The notes: generated from the letters alone by a model not told the origin. Numbered from the stretch's first letter, positions 47,167 through 57,656 are shown. The stretch is 64,000 bases of DNA from Alphaproteobacteria bacterium (GCA_045563015.1 JBJKUQ010000023.1:5030-69029); one strand, 5' to 3'. Translations and numbers: made by a program.

Positions 47167-49205
47167 AAAGAAAAATATTAATAACAAATAAACTAGGCCT
47201 TCATGCAAGGGCAGCAGCAAAATTTGTTGGATTAACTTCAAAGTGTAGTTCAAAGTTTTTAGTAAAAAAGGGAAGAAATTCTGTCAATGGTTCTTCCTTA
47301 TTGGGCCTTATAACTTTAGCAGCATCAAAGGGAACAGAGATTAAGATTCAGTGTATTGGAAAAAATGCGCAAGCAGATTTAAACAAGTTAGTAGATCTAA
47401 TTAAAAATAATTTTGGTGAAGAAAAGCCTCTTTCAGAAAATTTAAATACAGAGAAAGTTTATAAGGGTATAGCTGTTTCTTATGGGTTTGTAATTGGAAA
47501 TTGTGCCATAGCCAAGAGCAGTGACTTTTCTTACTCAAAATATAATATTCCAATCCATGAAGTAAAAAATGAAATCTCTAGACTTAGTACTGCTGTAAAT
47601 AATTCAATTATAGATCTTAAAAAAATTGTGAAAAAAATAAAGGATAATAAAAATGATATATACAAAGAAATGAAATTTATCCTTGAGGCAAATATATCTA
47701 TAATTTCTTCATCCTCTCTTGTACCTGATGCAAAAAAGAAAATAGAATTAGAGTTGATTAATGCTGAGCATGCAATAATTGAGGAAATGAATAAACATTT
47801 GAAAGTTTTTTCAAAAATTAAAGACGATTATCTTAGAGACAGGTTCGATGATGTAAGAGATGCTTGTAGAAGAATCCTAGATAATCTTCAAAAAAAAAAA
47901 AAAAGATATAAAACTGTTAAGCAAAATCAGATTTTAATCTCAAATGAATTAAGTACAGCAGATTTATTATCATATTCAAAAACAAAGTTATCAGGCTTAG
48001 TAAGCGCTTTGGGTGGTCCTGAAGGTCACTTTGCAATTGTAGCTAGGTCTCTTTCTATTCCAACTATTGTTGGTGTCAAAAATTTACTGAGGGACTTAAA
48101 AGATAATGAAAATATAGTATTGGATGGGGAAAAAGGATTAATAATTAAAAATCCGTCAATTCCAACAATAAATTACTATAAAAAAAAAATTGAAGATCAA
48201 AAGACATCTGATAAAAAATTAAATTTTCTCAAAAATACTATACCATTTACAAAAGATAGACAAAGAATTCGAATAGAAGCAAATATTGATAGCCCAAATG
48301 AGGCAAAGGAATCAATGAAAATTGGTGTTGACGGAATTGGATTATTTAGAAGTGAATATTTGTTTATGAATAAAAAAAGAATCCCTTCTGAGAATGAACA
48401 ATTTTCTTATATAAAAAAAACTTTAAATTATCTAAAAGGAAGGCCACTTACCATTAGAACACTTGACGTTGGAAATGATAAAAAGGTTCCATCAATAGAC
48501 AAGTTTTTATCTAAATCTCCTAACCCAGCTCTTGGCTTGAGAGCAATTAGATTAACTCTGGCGTTTCCAAAAATTTTTAAAAGACAAATCTCCGCAATAT
48601 TAAGGGCAAGTAAATTCGGAAATATAAGAATAATGTTACCGATGATTTCAAATGTATCAGAACTATTAGAGGTGAGAAAATTAATTAGTGAAGTAGAGAA
48701 GGAACTTAATAAAAAAAAAATAAAGGTTTCAGCGGATACTCTGAAAATTGGTGCCTTAATTGAAACTCCTGCTGCTGCGTTAATTTCAGAATCATTAGCA
48801 CAGAATTGCGATTTTTTGGCAATTGGTACCAATGATTTGACAATGTATACCCTTGCCATTGATAGGGGTGATGAAGAAGTTGCAAAAATTTACGATCCTG
48901 CTCATTTGTCAGTTTTAAGATTAATAAAGATGTCATCAGATTCAGCTAGAAAATTTAAAATACCTATAAGTGTTTGCGGAGAAATGGCTGGTGATACAAT
49001 GTTTACATCTCTTTTATTGGGTATGGGAATTGATACATTATCAATGAGTATTTCAAGAATATTAAAAGTAAAACAATTTTTAACAAAGATAAATTCAAAA
49101 GAAGTATCTATAATTTGTAATAAAATTTTGCAAGAGAACGATAATTTGCTAATAAAGAATAAACTTAAGGCTTACTATGATAGAATCTACAGTGAGTTGG
49201 GTTAA
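47148..49205 (+). CDS. ptsI: fusion protein: HPr/NPr domain + PEP-protein phosphotransferase (Enzyme I)
   Basis: Residues 1-90 or so form HPr (NKLGLHARAA His site; VNGSSLLGL Ser site). The rest is Enzyme I (GGPEGHFAIVARSL His site, GTNDLTMY, CGEMAGD). It is one uninterrupted 685-aa ORF. Confidence 0.9.
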   Translation: MQEKKLERKILITNKLGLHARAAAKFVGLTSKCSSKFLVKKGRNSVNGSSLLGLITLAASKGTEIKIQCIGKNAQADLNKLVDLIKNNFGEEKPLSENLNTEKVYKGIAVSYGFVIGNCAIAKSSDFSYSKYNIPIHEVKNEISRLSTAVNNSIIDLKKIVKKIKDNKNDIYKEMKFILEANISIISSSSLVPDAKKKIELELINAEHAIIEEMNKHLKVFSKIKDDYLRDRFDDVRDACRRILDNLQKKKKRYKTVKQNQILISNELSTADLLSYSKTKLSGLVSALGGPEGHFAIVARSLSIPTIVGVKNLLRDLKDNENIVLDGEKGLIIKNPSIPTINYYKKKIEDQKTSDKKLNFLKNTIPFTKDRQRIRIEANIDSPNEAKESMKIGVDGIGLFRSEYLFMNKKRIPSENEQFSYIKKTLNYLKGRPLTIRTLDVGNDKKVPSIDKFLSKSPNPALGLRAIRLTLAFPKIFKRQISAILRASKFGNIRIMLPMISNVSELLEVRKLISEVEKELNKKKIKVSADTLKIGALIETPAAALISESLAQNCDFLAIGTNDLTMYTLAIDRGDEEVAKIYDPAHLSVLRLIKMSSDSARKFKIPISVCGEMAGDTMFTSLLLGMGIDTLSMSISRILKVKQFLTKINSKEVSIICNKILQENDNLLIKNKLKAYYDRIYSELG

Positions 49206-49229
49206 ATTATAAAGGAAAGAGTTGATTAA

Positions 49230-50516
49230 ATGAATGATTTTAAAGTTAAGGATATTAAACTAGCTGATTGGGGAAGAAAGGAAATTGAAATAGCTGAAAC
49301 GGAAATGCCGGGGCTAATGAAATTGAGAGAGGAATATGCAGGCAAAAAGCCGTTAGAGGGTTCCAGGATTGTGGGTTGTTTACACATGACAATTCAAACA
49401 GCTGTACTTATTGAAACATTAATAGAACTTGGTGCCTCAGTTCGTTGGAGTTCATGTAATATATATTCAACTCAAGACCAAGCTGCTGCAGCTGTAGCTA
49501 AAAAAAATATTCCAGTGTTTGCATGGAAGGGAGAGACTGAAGAAGAGTTTTGGTGGTGTATTGAACAGACGATAACTGGTCCAAATGGATGGAAGCCAAA
49601 CCTCATTCTTGATGATGGAGGTGATCTTACAAAGATTTTACACGATAAATATCCTGAGTTGTTGAGTGATGTAAAAGGCTTGTCTGAGGAGACCACTACA
49701 GGAGTTCATAGATTAATTGAAATGGAAAAGAGTAAAATATTAAAAGTTCCAGCAATTAATGTTAATGATTCAGTAACTAAGTCTAAGTTTGATAATAAAT
49801 ATGGTTGTAGGGAAAGTTTGGTTGATGGAATTAGACGAGCTACAGATGTTATGATGGCAGGAAAAGTTGCGGTTGTTGCAGGATATGGAGATGTAGGAAA
49901 AGGATCCGCAGAAAGTCTAAGAAATGCAGGATGCAGAGTAATGATTACCGAAATTGACCCAATATGTGCTCTACAAGCTGCCATGGATGGATATGAAGTA
50001 ATTAAAATGGATGACGCTTGTAAAAAAGCTGATATATTTGTTACTGCAACTGGTAACATAGATGTAATAACAGTCGATCATATGAGAGAAATGAAAGACA
50101 GAAGTATTGTTTGTAATATTGGGCATTTTGACTCAGAGATTCAAATAGAATCATTAAGAAATTTCAAATGGAACAACATAAAACCCCAGGTTGATGAAAT
50201 TGAATTTCCAGACGGGAAAAAAATAATTGTATTGGCGGAAGGAAGGCTAGTAAATTTGGGTTGTGCTACTGGTCATCCAAGCTTTGTAATGTCAGCTTCT
50301 TTTTGTAATCAAGTTCTTGCTCAGATTGAGTTATGGAATAATTATTCTAAGTATGAAAATAAAGTTTATGTTTTACCTAAGCACTTGGATGAAAAAGTTG
50401 CACTCATTCATTTAGATAAAATTGGTGCCATGCTTACTAAATTATCTGATAAGCAGGGTGAATATATAAATGTTCCAGTAAATGGGCCTTATAAAAGCGA
50501 CGAATATAGATATTAA
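49230..50516 (+). CDS. ahcY: adenosylhomocysteinase
   Basis: Strongly conserved throughout ([21 protein letters not shown]). Confidence 0.97.
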   Translation: MNDFKVKDIKLADWGRKEIEIAETEMPGLMKLREEYAGKKPLEGSRIVGCLHMTIQTAVLIETLIELGASVRWSSCNIYSTQDQAAAAVAKKNIPVFAWKGETEEEFWWCIEQTITGPNGWKPNLILDDGGDLTKILHDKYPELLSDVKGLSEETTTGVHRLIEMEKSKILKVPAINVNDSVTKSKFDNKYGCRESLVDGIRRATDVMMAGKVAVVAGYGDVGKGSAESLRNAGCRVMITEIDPICALQAAMDGYEVIKMDDACKKADIFVTATGNIDVITVDHMREMKDRSIVCNIGHFDSEIQIESLRNFKWNNIKPQVDEIEFPDGKKIIVLAEGRLVNLGCATGHPSFVMSASFCNQVLAQIELWNNYSKYENKVYVLPKHLDEKVALIHLDKIGAMLTKLSDKQGEYINVPVNGPYKSDEYRY

Positions 50517-51523
50517 ATTTTTTTTATTCCCTTTGTCGTAGAATATTCAAAATGAAGTGGTTTATCTGGATATACTTTCTTATAGCAATTATGAGATGCT
50601 ATTGCTGCTTCCGAAAAACCAGTGAGTATAAGTTTTAACTTTCCTGGGTAAGTACAGATGTCACCTATTGCAAATATCTTATCTCTTGATGTTAGGCAAG
50701 TTTCTTGATCTACAGTTAAAATATTTTTTTCTAATTGTAACTCCCAATCCTTTATTGGCCCAAGATTCGTAGATAGGCCAAAGAAAGGTAAAAAATAGTC
50801 AGTATTAATTTCTTTAGTATTATTATTTAAGTCTCTAACAATAAGTTTATCAATCATTCCATTATTGCCATGAATAGAGTCTAATTGGAAAGGAATAACC
50901 ATTTCTATTTTCTTCTTTTTTTGAAGATCATAGAGTTTTTCAACATTTTTCGGAATTGCACGTAATTTTTCTCTTCTATGGATAAAAAAAATTTTTCTTG
51001 TTATTTCTGAGAGTTCAATAGCCCAATCAACTGCTGAATCACCTCCACCTGCTATTGCAACATTTTTATCATAAAAAATTGATTTTTTTTTTATATTATA
51101 AAAGACTGAGGTATTTTCAAATCTTTCAATATCCTTTAGAGGAGGTTTATTTGGCCCAAAAACTCCATTTCCAGCAGCAATAAATATACATTTAGCAGTT
51201 ATCTCATTATTTTTGGAAGTAGTAATTTTAAATGAATTGTTTGATTCATTAATTTTATCAACACTTTGATTTAGAAGAATTTGAGGTTTAAAGGGTTTAA
51301 TTTGTTCTTTTAGGTTTTTTATTAGCATATCAGCTTTAATTTCTTTAAAGGCTGGGATATCATAAATTGGCTTTTCTGGGTACAATGCTGAGCACTGGCC
51401 ACCTAAATCTTCAAGAGAATCAACTAAACAGGATTTTAAGCCAAGCTGACCTAATTGAAAAACAGCAAAGAGACCAACAGGACCTGCACCTACAATGATT
51501 ACGTCGGTATTAATTTTTTTCAT
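50513..51523 (-). CDS. ferredoxin-NADP+ reductase, thioredoxin-reductase-like type
   Basis: [13 protein letters not shown]...[17 protein letters not shown] pattern and a second GGGDSA motif. It lacks the CxxC of TrxB. Confidence 0.85.
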   Translation of the reverse strand: MKKINTDVIIVGAGPVGLFAVFQLGQLGLKSCLVDSLEDLGGQCSALYPEKPIYDIPAFKEIKADMLIKNLKEQIKPFKPQILLNQSVDKINESNNSFKITTSKNNEITAKCIFIAAGNGVFGPNKPPLKDIERFENTSVFYNIKKKSIFYDKNVAIAGGGDSAVDWAIELSEITRKIFFIHRREKLRAIPKNVEKLYDLQKKKKIEMVIPFQLDSIHGNNGMIDKLIVRDLNNNTKEINTDYFLPFFGLSTNLGPIKDWELQLEKNILTVDQETCLTSRDKIFAIGDICTYPGKLKLILTGFSEAAIASHNCYKKVYPDKPLHFEYSTTKGIKKI

Positions 51524-51584
51524 TTCTTCTAAATAATTGAATACAATAATATTAATTAGATTTATATTAGATAATTAGATAATA

Positions 51585-52061
51585 ATGAATTCAAAAATAA
51601 ATATAAGCATAGAAAATTTGAATGAAACAAAAAAATTTGCTAATAAATTTTCAAAATTTATTAAAGCCCCCTTTTTTGTATGTTTGAATGGTGAGTTAGG
51701 AACTGGAAAAACCACATTTGCGCGTTATTTGATAAATGAACTATCATCAAAAAAAATAAAAGTTTTAAGTCCAACCTTTCCTATATTACAAATTTATAAC
51801 TTAAAAAAAATAAATGTTTGGCATTACGATTTATACAGAATAAATAATGAAAAAGAATATTATAACCTGGATTTTGATATTGCATTAAATGATTTAGTTA
51901 TTGTAGAGTGGCCTGATGTTTTCAAGAAATATTTACCTAAAAGTAGAGTAGAAATTATGTTTCATGATGAAAAAAACAATCAAAAAAAATTAACAATAAG
52001 CTTTTTTGGTGAATTATCAAAAATCAAAGATAAACTATGCAAAACATTGAAAAAGAAATAG
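51585..52061 (+). CDS. tsaE: tRNA t6A37 biosynthesis ATPase TsaE
   Basis: LNGELGTGKTTFAR P-loop, later HYDLYR, and the VEWP motif. Confidence 0.9.
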   Translation: MNSKINISIENLNETKKFANKFSKFIKAPFFVCLNGELGTGKTTFARYLINELSSKKIKVLSPTFPILQIYNLKKINVWHYDLYRINNEKEYYNLDFDIALNDLVIVEWPDVFKKYLPKSRVEIMFHDEKNNQKKLTISFFGELSKIKDKLCKTLKKK

Positions 52062-52981
52062 AGAATTGTTTTTATATTAATAAAATTAAAAATGCAAAGA
52101 TATCTTTCTTAGCAGGTGATGCCTCAAATAGAAAATATTTTAATGTAACTCTTTCAAAGAAAAAATTAGTGTTAATGTATGATGATGATAATATTAATTT
52201 AGAAAAATTTATTAAGGTATCAAAGTATTTAGAAAAAGAAGTTTCTGTTCCCAAAATAATTTTTAATTTTTACAAACATAACATTTTAATTTTAGAAGAT
52301 TTTGGTGATGAAAAATATGGAAAAATTCTTGATAATAAAAATAAGAAATTTTTATATCTTCTAGCTACGAAAACATTAATTTATTTACAGAAAAAAAAAT
52401 TTAAACTACCGAAATATTCAGATGAAATATTTTTAAATGAATCGAATCTTTTTTTTGATTGGTATTTACCATTTTTTAAAAAAAAAAAATTTAACAAAGA
52501 GCAGAAAAAATTTAATCTAATTTTTCCAAATTTTCTAAAAAAACTTGAAATTCTTCCAAAAACATTCGTACATAGGGACTTTCATATTGATAATCTCTTT
52601 TTTCTTTCTAAAAGAAAAGCAATTTTTAAATGTGGTCTAATTGATTATCAGGATGCACTCATTGGTCCTTGCGCATATGATTTAGTCTCCTTGACACAAG
52701 ATGCAAGAGTAGATGTTCCAGAAAAATTAGAAAATTTTTTAATCGATTATTATTTGAATGAAAATAATTTAATTGATAATAAACTTTTTTTTTCTTGTTA
52801 TAAGATATTAGCAATTCAAAGGCACCTTAAAGTTTTAGGAATTTTTTGCAGATTACTGGTGAGAGATAAAAAGGATAGTTATATTTGTCATATACCCAGA
52901 GTGAAAAAAATGCTTCAATCTAATTTAATGTTTGGTGATTTTAAGGAATTAAAGGAACTATTATCTCCACTGATAGACTAA
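52037..52981 (+). CDS. amgK: N-acetylmuramate/N-acetylglucosamine kinase-like phosphotransferase
   Basis: LAGDASNRKYF, VHRDFHIDNL and IDYQDALIGPCAYDLVSL (APH-fold motifs). It has the conserved tsaE-amgK-murU neighbourhood. Confidence 0.75.
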   Translation: MQNIEKEIENCFYINKIKNAKISFLAGDASNRKYFNVTLSKKKLVLMYDDDNINLEKFIKVSKYLEKEVSVPKIIFNFYKHNILILEDFGDEKYGKILDNKNKKFLYLLATKTLIYLQKKKFKLPKYSDEIFLNESNLFFDWYLPFFKKKKFNKEQKKFNLIFPNFLKKLEILPKTFVHRDFHIDNLFFLSKRKAIFKCGLIDYQDALIGPCAYDLVSLTQDARVDVPEKLENFLIDYYLNENNLIDNKLFFSCYKILAIQRHLKVLGIFCRLLVRDKKDSYICHIPRVKKMLQSNLMFGDFKELKELLSPLID

Positions 52982-53694
52982 TGACTGAAATTAATGAAGC
53001 AATGATATTTGCAGCAGGTTTTGGCAAAAGGATGTTACCTCTAACAAAAAACACCCCAAAACCTCTTCTTAAAATTCAAGGGAAATCAATTATCACTTAT
53101 CTAATTGAAGAATTACTTAATAATGATTTTAAAAATATTGTTGTTAATTGTCATCATTTACCAAATAAAATCCTCGATGAGTTACAGGTTTTTTCGCCAA
53201 AAGTTAAGTTTATTTTTGAAAAAGAAATATTGGATACAGGTGGTGGAATTCTTAACGCATTAAATAAAGGTTTTTTTTATAATACAAAAACTCCAAAAAT
53301 ACTTATTAATGGTGACATTATTTGGAAAGAAAAGATGCATTCCCCAATAGATAAAATTTTAAAAAATTGGCACGAAGAAAAAATGGACATATTACTATGT
53401 CTTAAAGACAAAGCCAACTTTTTGGGTCATCAGGGTAAAGGAGATTTTAACCTTGATTCTACGAGAGAAAAATTTTCAAGAATTAATATAAAAGATGAAA
53501 AAAAATTTGTTTTTACTGGTTTGCAGATAATTAAACCAGAAACTATTTTTGAGATAAAAAAAAAAAAATTTTCTATGAGAGAAGTTTTTTTTAAAAATAT
53601 TGGAAAAAAAATATTTGGATATTGTGATAAAAACGATTGGTTTCACTTAAGCAATGTCCACGATCTTAAACAAGTTAATGAGTATTTTAGATAA
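52981..53694 (+). CDS. murU: N-acetylmuramate alpha-1-phosphate uridylyltransferase-like nucleotidyltransferase
   Basis: AAGFGKRMLPLTKNTPKPLL sugar-nucleotidyltransferase N-terminus. It follows amgK. Confidence 0.75.
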   Translation: MTEINEAMIFAAGFGKRMLPLTKNTPKPLLKIQGKSIITYLIEELLNNDFKNIVVNCHHLPNKILDELQVFSPKVKFIFEKEILDTGGGILNALNKGFFYNTKTPKILINGDIIWKEKMHSPIDKILKNWHEEKMDILLCLKDKANFLGHQGKGDFNLDSTREKFSRINIKDEKKFVFTGLQIIKPETIFEIKKKKFSMREVFFKNIGKKIFGYCDKNDWFHLSNVHDLKQVNEYFR

Positions 53695-55163
53695 TGAAGT
53701 ATATAATTTATGACTTTGAGACAACAGGAAGATCTGCAAGGTTTGATCAAATCCTTCAGGCGGGGTTTATAGTTTACAATAATGATTTCAATGAAATTGA
53801 CAAAAGAAATATTAAATCAAGGTTAAGCCCAGATGTTATTCCATCAATTAATGCTTTGAGAGTTAATAGACTAAGAATGTCAGAATTACTATCTGAAAAA
53901 AACAGTATATATGAGGCTGCAATAAAAATAAAAAATTTTTTATCCAGCTTTAAAGATAGTTTTTATATAGGATTTAACTCTATTGCATTTGACGAAGAAT
54001 TCTTAAGACAATTATTTTGGGAGCATTTTTATTTTCCATATATTTCAAATACAAACGGAAACTTAAGAGGTGATTTATATCATTTTGTTACAATGACACA
54101 TGCATTCAATCAAGATATTCTTAATGTTGAAAAAAATGATGATGGTAAATTATCTTTTAAACTTGAGAAACTAGCAAAGGCAAATAATTTTGATTCATCT
54201 AATTCACATGAAGCTATTGCAGATGTTGAAGTAACGATGAAGTTGCTTGAACTTTTGGCAAAAAAGAAAAAAGATTTTTTCAAAATTTTTATTAATAATG
54301 CAACTGCTAGAAATGTCGAGAATACTATTTCAGAAAATGATTTATTTACACTTCATAATTATATGTTTAGTTCACATAGAGTATATTTGGTTAAAAAACT
54401 TTTAAAGCATCCATCTTACAAAAATCAATATATAGGTTTTGATATGAAGTATGATGCGAGAGAACTTTCAATGTTATCAGAAAAAGAATTAAAAGAGGAA
54501 TACAGAAAGAAGAGTTTTTTTAGAAAAATAAAACTTAACAAACAACCTAATATTTTAGATAAAAGATTTGCGTTAAAATTTAAACCCTATGAAGATTTTT
54601 CAGAAGAGGAAATACGTATTAAATGCAAATATCTTGAGAATGAAGATTTCCTAAAAAAAATAAATAATATCTTTGAGAAAGAATCCACCGAATATCTTGA
54701 GAACCAAAGTCAGGAATTGAAATTAGAAGAAGATACAATTTACTCACAAAATATAAATTTTAATGATTCACAAATTATGCAAAAATTTCATACTGAAGCA
54801 TGGGAGAATAAATGGAGTTTTGCAGAAAGATTTAGAGACCAAAGATTAAGATTTTTTGCTGCAAAGCATATATTTAGAAATTATCCAGATCAGCTACCAC
54901 GAAAGATCTTCACACACTTTCATCAAAAAGTTTCTGAGAGATTATGTTCTTTGGAAAAACAACATTATTTGACAATTCCTGAAGCAATGAATGAAGCAGA
55001 TAACATTTCACTTGAGTTAGAGGAAAAAAAAAATGATGTTTGTTTGAATGAACAATTAGAACAATATAATATTTACATAAATTTTTTAAATGATTATTAT
55101 AAACAACAAAATCCAAAGCCACTAGCATTTGATTCAACTTTATCAAAAGAATTATTTGGATAA
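53694..55163 (+). CDS. sbcB: exodeoxyribonuclease I
   Basis: DEDDh motifs (YDFETTG; GFNSIAFDEEF; SHEAIADV) collinear with E. coli ExoI. 489 aa. Confidence 0.8.
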   Translation: MKYIIYDFETTGRSARFDQILQAGFIVYNNDFNEIDKRNIKSRLSPDVIPSINALRVNRLRMSELLSEKNSIYEAAIKIKNFLSSFKDSFYIGFNSIAFDEEFLRQLFWEHFYFPYISNTNGNLRGDLYHFVTMTHAFNQDILNVEKNDDGKLSFKLEKLAKANNFDSSNSHEAIADVEVTMKLLELLAKKKKDFFKIFINNATARNVENTISENDLFTLHNYMFSSHRVYLVKKLLKHPSYKNQYIGFDMKYDARELSMLSEKELKEEYRKKSFFRKIKLNKQPNILDKRFALKFKPYEDFSEEEIRIKCKYLENEDFLKKINNIFEKESTEYLENQSQELKLEEDTIYSQNINFNDSQIMQKFHTEAWENKWSFAERFRDQRLRFFAAKHIFRNYPDQLPRKIFTHFHQKVSERLCSLEKQHYLTIPEAMNEADNISLELEEKKNDVCLNEQLEQYNIYINFLNDYYKQQNPKPLAFDSTLSKELFG

Positions 55164-55181
55164 AATTTTTTGGAGAAAATT

Positions 55182-55505
55182 ATGACTGAAATTAAAAACT
55201 TAAATCTAGATAATTTTGATAATGAAATTAACGAAAGTAAAATACCTGTTCTTGTTGATTTTTGGGCAGAGTGGTGTGGGCCATGTAAAATGCTTACACC
55301 AATATTAGAGGAAATTTCTCAAGAATTGAATCAAAAGGTACAAGTCGTCAAAGTAAATCTGGATGAAAATCAAGATTTAGCCATGAAATATTCAATTAGA
55401 AGTATTCCAACACTTTTATTGTTTAGCAATGGTGAATTAATTGATACTAAGGTTGGACTCATACCGAAAAATGATATTGTTAATTGGTTAAACTCAAAAG
55501 TTTAG
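55182..55505 (+). CDS. trxA: thioredoxin
   Basis: WAEWCGPCK active site. I prefer the ATG at 55182 because it follows a GGAG RBS. Confidence 0.96.
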   Translation: MTEIKNLNLDNFDNEINESKIPVLVDFWAEWCGPCKMLTPILEEISQELNQKVQVVKVNLDENQDLAMKYSIRSIPTLLLFSNGELIDTKVGLIPKNDIVNWLNSKV

Positions 55506-55508
55506 TTT

Positions 55509-56804
55509 CTAGTTAATCTTAAAACCATCATTTTTGAGAATTTGCCCTGCCAAATATAATGATCCACAAATTAACACTTTTCCACAACTAATTTTTCTTG
55601 GAATATACACTAATGCCTCATCAATATTAATTAAAGTAACAACATGAAGTTCTTCAAATTTTTTTTTTAAACTCTCTCTTATTTTATAAGGATGAATATA
55701 TTGATGATCATTAATTGGCAATAAAATTAGAAGAGAAATTTTATCAATTATTTTTTCCAGAAAACTTATCGGATCTTTACCATAAACCATCCCTAAAATT
55801 AGGACAATTTTTGAATCACCCCAGTTTTGCATTATTGATGATATCATCTCGGCAGCATGAATGTTATGACCACCATCAATCCAAATCTCAAATTTTTTTC
55901 CGATCTTTTTTGAAAGTTTGCCTTTATTCAATTTCTGCATTCTTGCTGGCCAATAAACATTTCTTATTGCATTAGCAGTTTTTTCTTTTTTGACATCAAA
56001 ATTTTTAATTGCCAAAGATGCTGATATTGCAGTTGCAGCGTTATCAATTTGGTGATCACCATATAAGTTTGGTAATGGAAATTCATATGTTTGATTCTGA
56101 AAATTTAAAATGAATGATTTTTCTTTTTTTTGAACTTTCCAATCCTTTTCTTCTTCAAGAAGTATTGCATTCTTTTTTTTAACCTCTTTTCGAATAATTC
56201 TTCTTACTGATTGCTCTTGTTTTGATAATATAATTAAGGAATTATTTTTGAGAATACCAACTTTTTCATAAGAAATTTTTTCGATATTGTTACCAAGAAA
56301 ATTCATATGGTCCATGGAGATTGGTGTAAGAATACAACAAATTGGGTTTTTTATAACATTGGTTGCATCGAATCTTCCTCCAAGTCCAGTTTCTAGAAGA
56401 ACTAAATCAGACTTTTTCCTTGAAAAAGCAAGAAAAGCTGCTGCTGTTGTAATTTCAAAAAAAGTAATTGGACTTCCATTATTTTTTTTTTCACATTCCT
56501 CGAGGAGTTCAGATAGGTATTTATTACTTATCAAACGAGAATCGATCCTTATTCTTTCATTAAATTTTATTAAATGAGGTGATGTGTAAGTATGAACTTT
56601 TAAATTATTTTTTTCATAAATAGATCTTAGGTATGACGTAACAGACCCTTTGCCATTTGTTCCTGCAATATGAATTACAGGTGGTAAATTTAAATGAGGG
56701 TTATCAAGTCTTCTTAAAAGTCTTTTTAGTCTGTTAAGTGATAAATCTATTTTTTTTGGATGTAGTAGCTCTAACCTTCTCAAAATGTTATTTGATTTAT
56801 CCAC
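55509..56804 (-). CDS. folC: bifunctional folylpolyglutamate synthase / dihydrofolate synthase
   Basis: P-loop HIAGTNGKGS, Mur-ligase fold, and position after accD. Confidence 0.9.
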   Translation of the reverse strand: MDKSNNILRRLELLHPKKIDLSLNRLKRLLRRLDNPHLNLPPVIHIAGTNGKGSVTSYLRSIYEKNNLKVHTYTSPHLIKFNERIRIDSRLISNKYLSELLEECEKKNNGSPITFFEITTAAAFLAFSRKKSDLVLLETGLGGRFDATNVIKNPICCILTPISMDHMNFLGNNIEKISYEKVGILKNNSLIILSKQEQSVRRIIRKEVKKKNAILLEEEKDWKVQKKEKSFILNFQNQTYEFPLPNLYGDHQIDNAATAISASLAIKNFDVKKEKTANAIRNVYWPARMQKLNKGKLSKKIGKKFEIWIDGGHNIHAAEMISSIMQNWGDSKIVLILGMVYGKDPISFLEKIIDKISLLILLPINDHQYIHPYKIRESLKKKFEELHVVTLINIDEALVYIPRKISCGKVLICGSLYLAGQILKNDGFKIN

Positions 56805-56816
56805 AGTGATGATTTT

Positions 56817-57656
56817 TTAAAGCAAGAATTCTAAAATATTTTGTATTTTTTTATTTAATTCATTTCTATGAACAACAATATCAATCATACCTTTTTCAAC
56901 AAGATATTCAGATTTCTGGAAATTTTGAGGAAGTTTTTCTTTTATGGTTTCCTCAATAACTCTACTCCCAGCAAAGCCTATGGTGGCATTTCTTTCAGCA
57001 ATTATAATATCACCCAGCATGGCAAAAGATGCAGAAACCCCTCCTGTTGTTGGGTCTGTTAACACGGAAATAAATGGTAAATTAAGTTTTGATAGAGAAT
57101 TAACTGCTATAACAGTCCTCGGCATTTGCATTAATGAAAGAATACCCTCTTGCATTCGGGCTCCTCCTGATGAACTAAATATAACTAACGGTAATTTATT
57201 TTTTCTTGAATGCTCACAAGCAGAAATTATAGCTTCACCAGCAGCCATTCCCATTGATCCACCCATGAAGTTGAAATCGAATATAGCAGCAGTAAGTTTA
57301 ATTTTTCCTAATGTTCCAGATGCAACTATCACAGAGTCATTGGAATTATTTTTTTTTTGCGCATCTTTAAGTCGTTCTGTATATTTTTTGTTATCTTTAA
57401 AATTTAATGGATCAGGTTTAATTTTTGGAGTTTCAATAATTATATAATTACTTCCAAACAAGAGTTCTAATCTTTTTTTTGCACTTACTCTAAAATGAAA
57501 ATCACAATGTTTACATACATACAAAGTTATCTCTAAATCTTTTTTTAAAAGCATCTGGGAGCACTTTGGACAGGTTTCCCATAGGTTATCTGGGACTTCC
57601 TTTTTACCTACAAAGGCCTGTAATTTGGGTTTAACGTAATTTGTAATCCAATTCAT
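56817..57656 (-). CDS. accD: acetyl-CoA carboxylase carboxyltransferase beta subunit
   Basis: N-terminal CxxC...CxxC zinc ribbon (CPKC...CKHC) and GGSMG. Confidence 0.95.
   Translation of the reverse strand: MNWITNYVKPKLQAFVGKKEVPDNLWETCPKCSQMLLKKDLEITLYVCKHCDFHFRVSAKKRLELLFGSNYIIIETPKIKPDPLNFKDNKKYTERLKDAQKKNNSNDSVIVASGTLGKIKLTAAIFDFNFMGGSMGMAAGEAIISACEHSRKNKLPLVIFSSSGGARMQEGILSLMQMPRTVIAVNSLSKLNLPFISVLTDPTTGGVSASFAMLGDIIIAERNATIGFAGSRVIEETIKEKLPQNFQKSEYLVEKGMIDIVVHRNELNKKIQNILEFLL

Noticed and set aside
49206-49229. Possible SAH riboswitch upstream of ahcY
   Set aside because: Only 24 nt separate ahcY from the preceding gene, which is too short for any known riboswitch aptamer.
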